Shown: in pieces, positions 34,552 to 42,889 of the stretch
Position numbering within the stretch: the stretch's first letter is position 1
How the letters are laid out: each line of letters opens with the position of its first letter
NCBI GenBank assembly: GCA_964439145.1
Contig: CAYTNL010000017.1
Span: 13,102 to 77,101, forward strand
DNA from: an uncultured Verrucomicrobiales bacterium
Lineage (GTDB): Bacteria; Verrucomicrobiota; Verrucomicrobiia; Verrucomicrobiales; DEV007
Direction of reading: 5' to 3'
DNA: 64,000 nt
The notes under the pieces: generated by a model
Databases searched by the model: none
Told to the model about the DNA's origin: nothing
Seen by the model: the letters and a program-made list of their open reading frames with translations, nothing else
Position numbers and translations under genes: made by a program

Positions 34552-35931
34552 TCACCATTCCGGCGCGGATTTCAGGCGGCGCTCCCAGCGGGCCAGCTGG
34601 CGCCCGACATTGGCCGGCGACGGCGCCCCGATGCCTCCGCGCGCTTTGAGAGCGGTCTCCACATCGAGCACCCGGTGGACATCGGGGCCGAAGGCGTCGG
34701 AAAAGCGGCGATAGTCCTCCAGGGTCATCTCCGGAAAAGGGGTGCCGGTTTCCAGGGAATGGGCGGTGAGCTTGCCGATGACCTCGTGGGCCTGGCGGAA
34801 GGGGACGCCTTTTAGGACCAGATAGTCGGCCAGATCGGTGGCGAGGAGGAAAGGGTCGCTGGCGGCGGCCCGGGTGCGATCGGTCCGCACCCTGGCGGCG
34901 GCCATCATCTCGGCGAATACGTCGAGCGCCAGGGTCACGGTGTCGATGGAGTCGAAGAGCGGCTCCTTGTCCTCCTGCAGGTCGCGGTTGTAGGTCATGG
35001 GCAGACCCTTGAGCGTGGTCAACAGGGAGACGAGATTTCCGGTGAGGCGTCCGGTTTTTCCCCGGGTGAGTTCGGCGACATCGGGATTCTTTTTCTGGGG
35101 CATCAGGCTGGAGCCGGTGGTGTGGGCGTCGCTCAGCTCGATGAAGCCGAACTCCGCGGTGGCCCAGAGGATGACGTCCTCGCTCAGCCGCGAGAGGTGG
35201 GTGCCGACGAGGGCGAGCACAAAGAGTAGCTCGGCGATGAAATCCCGGTCGCTGACCGCGTCCATGCTGTTCCGCGTCACGTCGGGAAATCCCAGGATCT
35301 CCGCGACCAGTTTCCGATCCAGCACGATGGTGGATCCGGCCAGAGCGCCGGAGCCCAGCGGCATCACATTGACCCGTTTGTGGCAATCCCGGAGGCGGTC
35401 CAGGTCGCGGTCCAGCATCTCCAGGTAGGCGCAGAGGTGGTGGGCGAAGAGGACGGGCTGCCCGCGTTGCAGGTGCGTGTAGCCGGGGATGACGGCGCCG
35501 GGATGGGCCTTGGCGCAGGTGAGCAGGGCGGACTGGAGCCGATGTACGCCCCCGGCGATGCGACGGATCTCGGCGCGGCAGTAGAGGCGCACATCGAGCG
35601 CCACCTGATCGTTCCGGCTGCGGGCGGTGTGCAGTTTCGCGCCGGGGGCGCCGATTTTGGCGGTCAGAGCCGCCTCGATGTTCATGTGGATGTCCTCAAG
35701 GCTGGTCCGGAACTGGAACTGTCCCGACTCGATCTCGGCCCGGATTTCGCGGAGGCCCCGATTGATGGCGCGTTGCTCGGCCTTGGTCAGGATGCCGGCG
35801 GCCTGGAGGGCGGCGGCGTGCGCCAGGGAGCCCTCGATGTCGTGGGGATAGAGTCGCCAATCGTAGGAGATCGACTCCCCGTAGCGCTGGACGAGATTGG
35901 AGGTTTCGGTCTGGAAGCGGCCTTTCCACAT
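34552..35931 (-). CDS. argH: Argininosuccinate lyase
   Basis: ORF 34552..35970, ATG at 35931 (MWKGRF). Fumarate-lyase signature GSSLMPQKKNPD and TSLEDIHMNIE. Confidence 0.9.
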   Translation of the reverse strand: MWKGRFQTETSNLVQRYGESISYDWRLYPHDIEGSLAHAAALQAAGILTKAEQRAINRGLREIRAEIESGQFQFRTSLEDIHMNIEAALTAKIGAPGAKLHTARSRNDQVALDVRLYCRAEIRRIAGGVHRLQSALLTCAKAHPGAVIPGYTHLQRGQPVLFAHHLCAYLEMLDRDLDRLRDCHKRVNVMPLGSGALAGSTIVLDRKLVAEILGFPDVTRNSMDAVSDRDFIAELLFVLALVGTHLSRLSEDVILWATAEFGFIELSDAHTTGSSLMPQKKNPDVAELTRGKTGRLTGNLVSLLTTLKGLPMTYNRDLQEDKEPLFDSIDTVTLALDVFAEMMAAARVRTDRTRAAASDPFLLATDLADYLVLKGVPFRQAHEVIGKLTAHSLETGTPFPEMTLEDYRRFSDAFGPDVHRVLDVETALKARGGIGAPSPANVGRQLARWERRLKSAPEW

Positions 35932-36000
35932 GGTGGCGGCAAAGAGACAGGGATTTCCCGCGTTTGACAAGCGGGAGGTGTGGCGGCGGGCGCGACCGCC

Positions 36001-36531
36001 TCAGGCGGGCAGTTTTCTGGCCGGGCCTTTGCCGCGCTTGCCCAGGCGCATCTCGAGGAGATTCTCGCAAATGCCATCCTTGCGCAGTTGGTCGCAGCAG
36101 GCCTCGATGCGCATGGATTTCTTCGTCGGACGAAAGCCCAGCCGCCGGGTGATGCAGTCGAAGAGGGTCTCGATGTGCTCATCCTCGAACTCGATCACCT
36201 TTCCACAGTCCACGCAGATGAGGTGGTTGTGGTGGGGATGGTCGAGGAAATTCGGATCGTAATATTTCTGGTCACGCCCGAGATCGATCTCCCGGAGCAG
36301 GCCGCTCTCCACCAGCAGCGAGAGAGTGCGATAGAGCGTGGCGCGCGAGGTGGCTGGGTCGAGGCGCCGCGCCATGTCCCAGAGCTGCTCCGCGGTGAAG
36401 TGCTCCTCGGTGCCGAACGCCGCCTCGACGATCACATCCCGTTGACTGGTGCGCCGCAGGCCCTTGTCGCGGATGTAGTTGTCGAAGCGTTTTTTGATCT
36501 CCGGATCGATCATGATCCGCCCAGTCTCCAC
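36001..36531 (-). CDS. Fur-family transcriptional regulator with a Cys-rich/basic C-terminal extension
   Basis: RRTSQRDVIVEA...RATLYRTLSLLVESGLL (wHTH) and HHNHLICVDCGKVIEF (metal site). About 40 extra C-terminal residues contain CC...C and KRGKGPARK. Confidence 0.75.
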   Translation of the reverse strand: METGRIMIDPEIKKRFDNYIRDKGLRRTSQRDVIVEAAFGTEEHFTAEQLWDMARRLDPATSRATLYRTLSLLVESGLLREIDLGRDQKYYDPNFLDHPHHNHLICVDCGKVIEFEDEHIETLFDCITRRLGFRPTKKSMRIEACCDQLRKDGICENLLEMRLGKRGKGPARKLPA

Positions 36532-36693
36532 GGGTGAGGGGGAATCGTCAATTCATCGGTGCGGCTATCGGAGGAAGATTGCCCCTCCCCGTCGGCTTGA
36601 CCCCGTCCCGAAGCGGGCGGAAGGGTAGGCGCGATGCGTCCCTACCGCTCCCAGCCAGAAACGCCCTTCGATCTCGGACGACATCTCGGGGAG

Positions 36694-37506
36694 ATGAGGC
36701 GCTTTTTTTTCCCCATTCTCGCCCTGGTGCTGGCCGCGGGGGTGGTGGCCTGGGCGCTCTGGTTTCCGGGGAGCGACACCTACCGGGCCGATCCCGACTT
36801 CGCGCCGCCGCGGGTCGGACTGCTGCCGGTCGAGAGGGCGGGTGGCGAGGGAGAAGCGTTGCCGTTCGATCCCGCCTTCGTCCCACCGCGTCCACTCGAG
36901 TTGGCCCGGGCGCCGCGCTCGGCCCGGTTCGACGCGCCCATGGGCAGTCCGCTCGGCGCCCTCACTTATAATGCGCAGCCTTTCATGACGACCCGGCATC
37001 TCGGGGACGATCTCAACGGCATTGGCGGCTGGGATTCCGATCTCGGGGATCCGGTGTATGCTATTGGCGACGGCGAGATCATCTACTCGGGGTGGGCTTC
37101 GGACGGCTGGGGAAATGTCATCACCATCCTGCATCGGCTGCCGGATGGCGGGGCCGTGACCAGCTACTACGGCCACCTCGACACCCTGGGACTCCCTGCC
37201 GGCGTGCCCGTGCGCCGGGGGGACCGTATCGGCACCGTGGGCAAGGCGGACGGTCGTTACCTGGCTCACCTGCATTTCGAGATTCGTCCCCCGGCTTCGC
37301 TGGATCCCGGGGCCGGCTATGGCGACCAAGCGCTCGGGCGACAGTCCGGCGAGCTGTTTCTGCTGAAAAACCGGGGCGCCCCCGAAGATCGGCAAAATCC
37401 CGCGCTCGGCCCCGCCTACGAGACCGATCCGCGACGCGGCGTGCGACAGCCGCCCGGAGAGCGTGGCCTGAAAATCCAGACCGAGGGCGCCGATCCGGCT
37501 CGCTGA
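36694..37506 (+). CDS. M23-family metallopeptidase (peptidoglycan endopeptidase)
   Basis: ATG at 36694 gives the signal/TM MRRFFFPILALVLAAGVVAWAL. HLGDDL...GDGEIIYSG...YYGHL...GRYLAHLHFEIR (HxxxD and HxH motifs). Confidence 0.8.
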   Translation: MRRFFFPILALVLAAGVVAWALWFPGSDTYRADPDFAPPRVGLLPVERAGGEGEALPFDPAFVPPRPLELARAPRSARFDAPMGSPLGALTYNAQPFMTTRHLGDDLNGIGGWDSDLGDPVYAIGDGEIIYSGWASDGWGNVITILHRLPDGGAVTSYYGHLDTLGLPAGVPVRRGDRIGTVGKADGRYLAHLHFEIRPPASLDPGAGYGDQALGRQSGELFLLKNRGAPEDRQNPALGPAYETDPRRGVRQPPGERGLKIQTEGADPAR

Positions 37507-37511
37507 GCCGG

Positions 37512-37618
37512 TGGGGGGGACCAGAGAACTGCGGCAATCCCGGACAGGCTACCGTTGCTGCCTTCCGGCCCTGGCGGGGTTCGCAAGCCGGTATTCCGCA
37601 GCCTCTGGAAGGGCGAAT
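37512..37618 (-). ncRNA. ffs: Signal recognition particle RNA (small 4.5S type)
   Basis: The minus strand reads ...CCAGAGGCUGCGGAAUACCGG...CCGCCAGGGCC-GGAA-GGCAGCAACGG...CCGGGAUUGCCGCAGUUCUCUGG. The apical CAGGGCCGGAAGGCAGCA closely matches the conserved domain IV of E. coli 4.5S RNA (CAGGUCCGGAAGGAAGCAGC), with a GGAA tetraloop and an AGCA loop. Flanking arms pair (CCAGAG/CUCUGG, CUGCGG/CCGCAG, CCGG/CCGG). The ends are approximate. Confidence 0.75.
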
Positions 37619-37819
37619 ATACCGGGCAATCGCCAATGCGCCAGCCCCGATCATGGAGAGAGTTGCGACGGCCGATAAAAGTTTTTAAAAGAAAAGAAAG
37701 CCTCGCATTTTTGTGTTGTGTTCGCGAAAGCTTCTCGCTAGGGTGCGAGTCGGTGTCCTCCCCAGACGGGCGGTGGACAGACGCGCGAATTCATTTTCAA
37801 AACAGACGGAGATACAGCC

Positions 37820-38965
37820 ATGTGGAAAGTGTTGCTAGTCATTTCGGCCATGGTACTGGCCGGTTCGGGGGTGATCAGCTGGAACAACCAGCAGAAACTC
37901 GACGACCTGCGGACCGAGCGGAAAAACAACGAGGCGCAGGCGGAGCAGCTTGCCAAGCAGTTGGCCGACACCAAGGAGGAGCTGGGGACGACGGTGACCG
38001 AGGTCGCCGCGCTCAAGGATGAGGCCCAGAAGCTCCAGGTCGAGGTGGATACCGCCAAGGCGAAGGTTTCCGAGAACGATCTTCAGGTGAACAACCTCGG
38101 CACCCAGCTCGAGGCCAAGCGCGCCGAGTTGACCGAGGCCAAGAAATTCCTCGCCGAAATGGGAGACGCCAAGCGGGTTCAGGAAGAGATGGCCATGGTG
38201 CGCTCGCAGGTCGAAAAAGCCCAGATCGAAGTCGCCGCCGTCGAGCAGAGCATCCAGGCCGCCAATGCCCAGAAAGAACAACTCACCCGCATCGCCGCTG
38301 AACTGGCCGCCTTGAAAAAGGATCAGGAAGAAGGCCGGATCCGGCCCGAATTCAACAGCTCCATCAAGCGCGCCTACAACCAGTGGGGCTTCGTGGTGGT
38401 GGAGGGTGGCAACGATCAGGGCGTGGTGAAGCGTGCCCAGCTCGATGTCTCCCGTCGCGGCCAACCCATCTGCAAACTCATCGTCACCTCCGTCGAGCCC
38501 CAGGAGTCCATCGCGGAAGTCATACCCGGTTCACTCGTGCCGGGCCAGACCATACAGGAGGGTGACACCGTGGTGAAAAGCTCGGCCCCCATGCCCATCC
38601 CCGGTAGCACCACGCCTCCCGCCCCGCCCACCTCGGCCCCGCCGGCTGGCGACGCGGAAGCGCCCGCTCCCGCGATGCCCGAGTCGTCTCCCGCCCCCGC
38701 GACGGACGATCCCTTTGGTGGCGGAGGCATGAACGGTGGTGCCCCGGCCGCGCCTCCGGCGGATGATCCCTTCGGGGGTGGTGGCATGAGCGGTGGCGCC
38801 CCGGCTGCGCCCGCCGCGCCGCCTGCCGACGATCCCTTTGGCGCCGCGCCTGCGGCCCCCGCCGCCCCGGCTGAAGGCGGCGCGATGGAGAACGACCCCT
38901 TCGGTGGAGGCGCCCCCGCTGGCGGGACCACCCCTCCCAAGCCGGAGAACGACCCTTTTCAGTGA
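37820..38965 (+). CDS. TM-anchored coiled-coil protein with small beta-barrel-like domain and a DPF-repeat tail (paralog 1)
   Basis: N-terminal TM (VLLVISAMVLAGSGVI), ~170 aa of heptad-like Q/E/K/A/L-rich sequence, the domain NQWGFVVVEGGNDQGV...IQEGDTVV, then a Pro/Ala-rich tail with five DPF motifs. Confidence 0.7.
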   Translation: MWKVLLVISAMVLAGSGVISWNNQQKLDDLRTERKNNEAQAEQLAKQLADTKEELGTTVTEVAALKDEAQKLQVEVDTAKAKVSENDLQVNNLGTQLEAKRAELTEAKKFLAEMGDAKRVQEEMAMVRSQVEKAQIEVAAVEQSIQAANAQKEQLTRIAAELAALKKDQEEGRIRPEFNSSIKRAYNQWGFVVVEGGNDQGVVKRAQLDVSRRGQPICKLIVTSVEPQESIAEVIPGSLVPGQTIQEGDTVVKSSAPMPIPGSTTPPAPPTSAPPAGDAEAPAPAMPESSPAPATDDPFGGGGMNGGAPAAPPADDPFGGGGMSGGAPAAPAAPPADDPFGAAPAAPAAPAEGGAMENDPFGGGAPAGGTTPPKPENDPFQ

Positions 38966-39051
38966 TCTGATCTACAGAGGCGAATCAGTTCCCTTCGCGG
39001 ACATCTCATATTCCTTTGAAATTTTAGACATCGAGGCACGGAGTAGACGAA

Positions 39052-39846
39052 ATGAAAAAATTCATCATGGCCCTTTCGATCCTCGCCATGGGCGGGGGCG
39101 CGTTTCTGGGAGTTCTCAACAAACAGACGCTCGTCGATGAGCAGTCGGAGTTGAAGCGATTCCAGGGAATCGTGGCCGAAACCAAGAGCGAGTTGAATCA
39201 GGTCGAGGACGATCTCACCAAGGCGAAGGAAGAGAAGGTGCAGGCCCAGGATGGCCGCGACCAGATCAGCGCCACACTTTCCGAGACCCAGCAGCAGATC
39301 AAACGCCAGGAGGCGCAGATCATGACCACCCAGCAGGAGCTGGAAAAAATCCGCATCGAGAAAGAAGAGATCGACCTCGCCATCCGGCAAGTCTTCCCTC
39401 CCGGCAGCCAGATCCAGAACATCGAGCAACTGCGCCAGGCGCAGCAGGCGCTCAAGGACCAGCTCACCGAGCAGGAAAACAAGAAGACCGATCTCATGTC
39501 CCAGCTTCAGGCCATCCAGACCGAGATGGTTTCATCCGAGAAACAGGTCCGTGAGCTGGAGGCCGCCCAGATCGACCGCGCCAAGCAGATCGCGCTCAAC
39601 GGGCTGGAAGCCACCGTCATCGCCGTGAACCGGAATTTTGGTTTCGTGATGGTGAACGCCGGTCAGAATCTCGGGGTCAAGCCCGAGTCCTCGCTGCTCG
39701 TGAAGCGCGGCGCGGATCGCATCGCCCGTCTCCAGATCCGCGAACTCGAGCCGAATGTGCTGGTGGCCGATGTGGTGCCGGATTCCATCGCCCAGGGAGC
39801 CAAGGTGCTGCCGGGTGACAAGGTGATCTTCGAGAACACCAAATGA
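39052..39846 (+). CDS. TM-anchored coiled-coil protein with small beta-barrel-like domain (paralog 2)
   Basis: Same architecture as 37820..38965. The C-terminal domain aligns: NRNFGFVMVNAGQNLGV...LPGDKVI versus NQWGFVVVEGGNDQGV...QEGDTVV. Confidence 0.7.
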   Translation: MKKFIMALSILAMGGGAFLGVLNKQTLVDEQSELKRFQGIVAETKSELNQVEDDLTKAKEEKVQAQDGRDQISATLSETQQQIKRQEAQIMTTQQELEKIRIEKEEIDLAIRQVFPPGSQIQNIEQLRQAQQALKDQLTEQENKKTDLMSQLQAIQTEMVSSEKQVRELEAAQIDRAKQIALNGLEATVIAVNRNFGFVMVNAGQNLGVKPESSLLVKRGADRIARLQIRELEPNVLVADVVPDSIAQGAKVLPGDKVIFENTK

Positions 39847-39910
39847 GCGGGTGGTCGCCGACCCTCGCCCCCCTCGAAGCGCGATTTTTCCCGTAGCCCG
39901 CTATCCAGAC

Positions 39911-40090
39911 ATGATTATCCGTGGATTCCTCGCTCTGCTCGCCGTCGGTGGCATTCTGCTGACGAACATCGGTTGCGTCACCAACGAAGGCCCCAAACCG
40001 CCGCGCGAACGCATCAGCAGCCTGCCGCAGAATCTCCCCCAGTCTTGGGAAGGTCAGTCGCAGATGGGCGGCATGCCCACCTCCTACTGA
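39911..40090 (+). CDS. Small lipoprotein (59 aa)
   Basis: ATG at 39911 within ORF 39851..40090. MIIRGFLALLAVGGILLTNIGC has a signal peptide plus lipobox. Directly follows the two coiled-coil genes. Confidence 0.5.
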   Translation: MIIRGFLALLAVGGILLTNIGCVTNEGPKPPRERISSLPQNLPQSWEGQSQMGGMPTSY

Positions 40091-40737
40091 TCGGCGCTTG
40101 CCGCGGGCCGCGAGAGATGCGGATTCCCTTCGGCGAGAAATCGCCAGCGCAGTTCCCGGGATCGTGAGATGCCGACGCGGCGGTCTGATATGATCTGAAA
40201 ACGGATTTCGCGCGCGACGAAACCGGGACCGTCCGGCGGTCCGACCAGGCTGGCGCCGTGGTGATCTCCGACGATGCCGAAAGCCCCGCTCAGCTTGCCC
40301 GGGCCGGAGCAGAGATCGGTGCATCGTTCCCGGTTCCGGCGAACGCGCATTTCGTCAATGCCGGAGAGCGGTTCCAGCGCCCGCAGCAGCACAAAGCCCC
40401 GGTTACCGTCCACGGGATTCTTGACGAGGATATTGGTCAGCCAGTGCACTCCGTAATTGAGGTAGATGTAAGCGGTGCCCGCAGGATGATTCTCGACAAA
40501 GGCCCGCGCGCTGGGGCGGAAAAACGTGTGGCAGGCCTCGTCCCCGATCTCCGCGTAGGCTTCCGTCTCCACCACAAGACCGGCGCAGCGACCCCAGCGG
40601 AATTCCGCGCCGATGAGATCGCGCGCGCAGAGGACCGGATCGCGCTCGAAAAAGGCGCGGGTCAGCCGCCCCGACACCGGATCGACCATACCCTGTCGGG
40701 TCTTGGACCCAACCCTCTTTGGTCCGGGGGCTTTCAC
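40084..40737 (-). CDS. mpg: DNA-3-methyladenine glycosylase (Mpg/AAG family)
   Basis: FFERDPVLCARDLIG, VVETEAYAEIGDEACH, AYIYLNYGVHWLTN. Start is either GTG 40737 (overlapping the NIF3 stop) or, more likely, ATG 40689, because 40689-40725 is occupied by a copy of the recurrent non-coding motif. Confidence 0.8.
   Translation of the reverse strand: MKAPGPKRVGSKTRQGMVDPVSGRLTRAFFERDPVLCARDLIGAEFRWGRCAGLVVETEAYAEIGDEACHTFFRPSARAFVENHPAGTAYIYLNYGVHWLTNILVKNPVDGNRGFVLLRALEPLSGIDEMRVRRNRERCTDLCSGPGKLSGAFGIVGDHHGASLVGPPDGPGFVAREIRFQIISDRRVGISRSRELRWRFLAEGNPHLSRPAASADQ
40689..40725 (+). repeat. Recurrent ACCCTsT-hexamer motif, tandem dimer (TCGGGT-N16-TTTGGT), antisense to the local genes
   Basis: taccctgTCGGGTcttggacccaaccctcTTTGGTcc. 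Hexamers at 40696-40701 and 40718-40723, spacer 16 nt. Sits between the NIF3 stop (40734) and the mpg ATG (40689). Confidence 0.55.
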
Positions 40738-41531
40738 AGGCCGGTGGGATGGTCGATGAACTCCCAGGGCAGGCCGAACCTATCCTCGAGCCAGCCCGCC
40801 AGCGCCTTGACACCAAAGGTCTCGGTGGCGTAGTGGCCGCCATAGATGAGGTTGAGTCCGAGTTCTTCGGCGGCGGTGTAGCTCCAGTGCGGGCCTTCGC
40901 CGGTGAGGAAGGTGTCGATCCCGGTCTCGGCCAGCGATAGGATCTCGCCACCCGCGCCGCCGGTGATGATGCCGACCGAGCGGACGCGTTCTGGACCGCC
41001 GGGACAGAGATGGGCCCGGGCCCCGGTGGCGGCGGCGACATGGGCCAGGAGGTCATCGCGGTGGAGATCCACGCGCGTCCGCACGCCGAGTTGGATGCCT
41101 TTCCAATCGAAGAACGGCTCTGTCGCCGTGAAACCCAGAGCCGCCGCGAGCCGGGCGTTGTTTCCCAGCACCGGATGCACATCGAGCGGGATGTGGGCGC
41201 TGTAGATGGCGAGGCCGCCATCCATCGCCCGTCTCAGTTTTTCAAAATACGCGCCCGTGATGGCCTGGGCACCCGACCAGAACATGCCGTGGTGCACGAT
41301 GAGCAGGTCCGCGCCGCGTTCGACCGCCGCCATGACGACCGGCAGGCAGGCGTCGACGGCGACGGCGACTCGGGAGACTTCGCCGGACGCGTTCGCCAGT
41401 TGGAGCCCGTTGAGCGCGGCTGGATAGTCGGGGATCTCGGTGAGTCGCAGTTCGCGGGAGGCGGCTTCGATGACGGTGGAGAGTGGGACGGGCATGGGGG
41501 TATCAAAAGCCGGATTGGGGGTGGTTTCCAA
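40734..41531 (-). CDS. NIF3-family dinuclear metal centre protein (GTP cyclohydrolase 1 type 2 homolog)
   Basis: NGLQLANASGEVSRVAVAVDA, ERGADLLIVHHGMFW, IYSAHIPLDVHP and C-terminal YGGHYATETFG are typical NIF3/YbgI blocks. Confidence 0.85.
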   Translation of the reverse strand: METTPNPAFDTPMPVPLSTVIEAASRELRLTEIPDYPAALNGLQLANASGEVSRVAVAVDACLPVVMAAVERGADLLIVHHGMFWSGAQAITGAYFEKLRRAMDGGLAIYSAHIPLDVHPVLGNNARLAAALGFTATEPFFDWKGIQLGVRTRVDLHRDDLLAHVAAATGARAHLCPGGPERVRSVGIITGGAGGEILSLAETGIDTFLTGEGPHWSYTAAEELGLNLIYGGHYATETFGVKALAGWLEDRFGLPWEFIDHPTGL

Positions 41532-41584
41532 GCGGGAAAAAATCAGTGTTCATCGTCGGCGATCTGTGGTTGTTTCCCGGCCTT

Positions 41585-42700
41585 ATGCTCCAGGCAGGTA
41601 TCGTCGGACTTCCCAATGTCGGCAAATCGACACTCTTCAACGCGGTCACCCGCACCCGCAAGGCGGAGGCGGCGAACTATCCGTTCTGCACCATCGATCC
41701 CAATGTCGGGGTGGTGATCGTGCCGGATGAGCGGCTGGAGGTGTTGGGGAAGATCTCGAAGACGCAGAAGATCGTGCCCACGGCGATCGAGTTCGTCGAC
41801 ATCGCCGGACTGGTGAAGGGCGCCAGCGAGGGAGCCGGTCTGGGCAATCAGTTCCTCGCCACCATCCGGGAGGTCAACGCCATCGTCCAAGTGGTGCGTT
41901 GTTTTGAGAATGACGACATCATCCACGAGTTGGGTTCGGTGGATCCTCTGCGCGACATCGAGATCATCAACGCCGAGCTGATGCTGGCTGATCTGGCCAC
42001 GCTCGAGAAGCGCAAGGCGTCGCGGGAAAAGAAGGCCAAGACAGGTGACGCCGAATCGAAGCGGGAAGTGGCGGTGATGGAAAAGCTCATCCCCCATCTC
42101 GATCAGGGCAAGCCGGCGCTGACCTGCGATCTGTCGAAAGAGGAGCGGGAGGTAATGCGCGATTTTTTCCTGCTGACATCCAAGCCGACGATTTTCGCCT
42201 GCAATGTCTCGGAGGAGGAGTTGGCCGACGCGCTGGATGATCCCGACGGCCACGCCATGGTGTCGAAGGTGCGGCAATACGCCGCCGATACCCACGGCGC
42301 CGAGGCGGTGGTGATTTCCGCCCGCATCGAGGAGGAGATGATCGACCTCGAACCGGCGGAAGCCGCGGAATTCCTCGCCGACATGGGGGTGAAGGACAGT
42401 GGGGTGTCGGCGTTGATCCGCGCGGTCTACCACCTGCTCGGTCTGCGCACCTACCTCACGACGGGGGAAAAGGAAACGCGCGCCTGGACCATCCCGGCGG
42501 GGGCGAAGGCGCCGCAGGCGGCGGGAGTGATTCATTCCGATTTCGAGCGCGGGTTCATCGCGGCGGAGGTGGTCGCCTACGAGGTGCTCAAGGAGTTGGG
42601 TTCCTACCAGGCGGCGAAAGAGGCTGGAAAACTGCGGATCGAGGGCAAGGAATACGAGGTCAAGGACGGGGACGTGGTCGAGTTCCGATTCAACGTCTGA
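41585..42700 (+). CDS. ychF: Redox-regulated ATPase YchF
   Basis: ATG at 41585 gives [35 protein letters not shown]-terminal [33 protein letters not shown] ... [11 protein letters not shown]. Confidence 0.92.
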   Translation: MLQAGIVGLPNVGKSTLFNAVTRTRKAEAANYPFCTIDPNVGVVIVPDERLEVLGKISKTQKIVPTAIEFVDIAGLVKGASEGAGLGNQFLATIREVNAIVQVVRCFENDDIIHELGSVDPLRDIEIINAELMLADLATLEKRKASREKKAKTGDAESKREVAVMEKLIPHLDQGKPALTCDLSKEEREVMRDFFLLTSKPTIFACNVSEEELADALDDPDGHAMVSKVRQYAADTHGAEAVVISARIEEEMIDLEPAEAAEFLADMGVKDSGVSALIRAVYHLLGLRTYLTTGEKETRAWTIPAGAKAPQAAGVIHSDFERGFIAAEVVAYEVLKELGSYQAAKEAGKLRIEGKEYEVKDGDVVEFRFNV

Positions 42701-42825
42701 GTCGGGCTGGTGACTGCGGGCGCCCCGGTGGCGGCGTTGACTTTCAAAGGCCACCTCTTACACTTACGGCTCGCTTCGTGACGCCGGTGGACTCTGTCGC
42801 CGTCACCGGCGTCGTAACCTGCCCG

Positions 42826-42854
42826 GCCACCCCGATGAAGCGGGGTGGCTTTTA
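42826..42854 (+). terminator. Probable rho-independent terminator after ychF
   Basis: Perfect 9-bp stem gccaccccg / cggggtggc (42826-42834 and 42841-42849), 6-nt loop, followed by TTTTA. A second perfect 10-bp inverted repeat gacgccggtg/caccggcgtc lies at 42780-42813. Confidence 0.6.
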
Positions 42855-42889
42855 CTCCCCCATCTCCCGCCCACGCCCCCATTGATCGT

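Noticed and set aside
36532-36693. Search for a Fur/Zur/PerR box in the Fur-M23 divergent intergenic region
   Set aside because: The only AT-richer stretch (gaatcgtcaattcatcg) is not palindromic and does not resemble the 7-1-7 Fur-family consensus. No operator can be supported from sequence alone.
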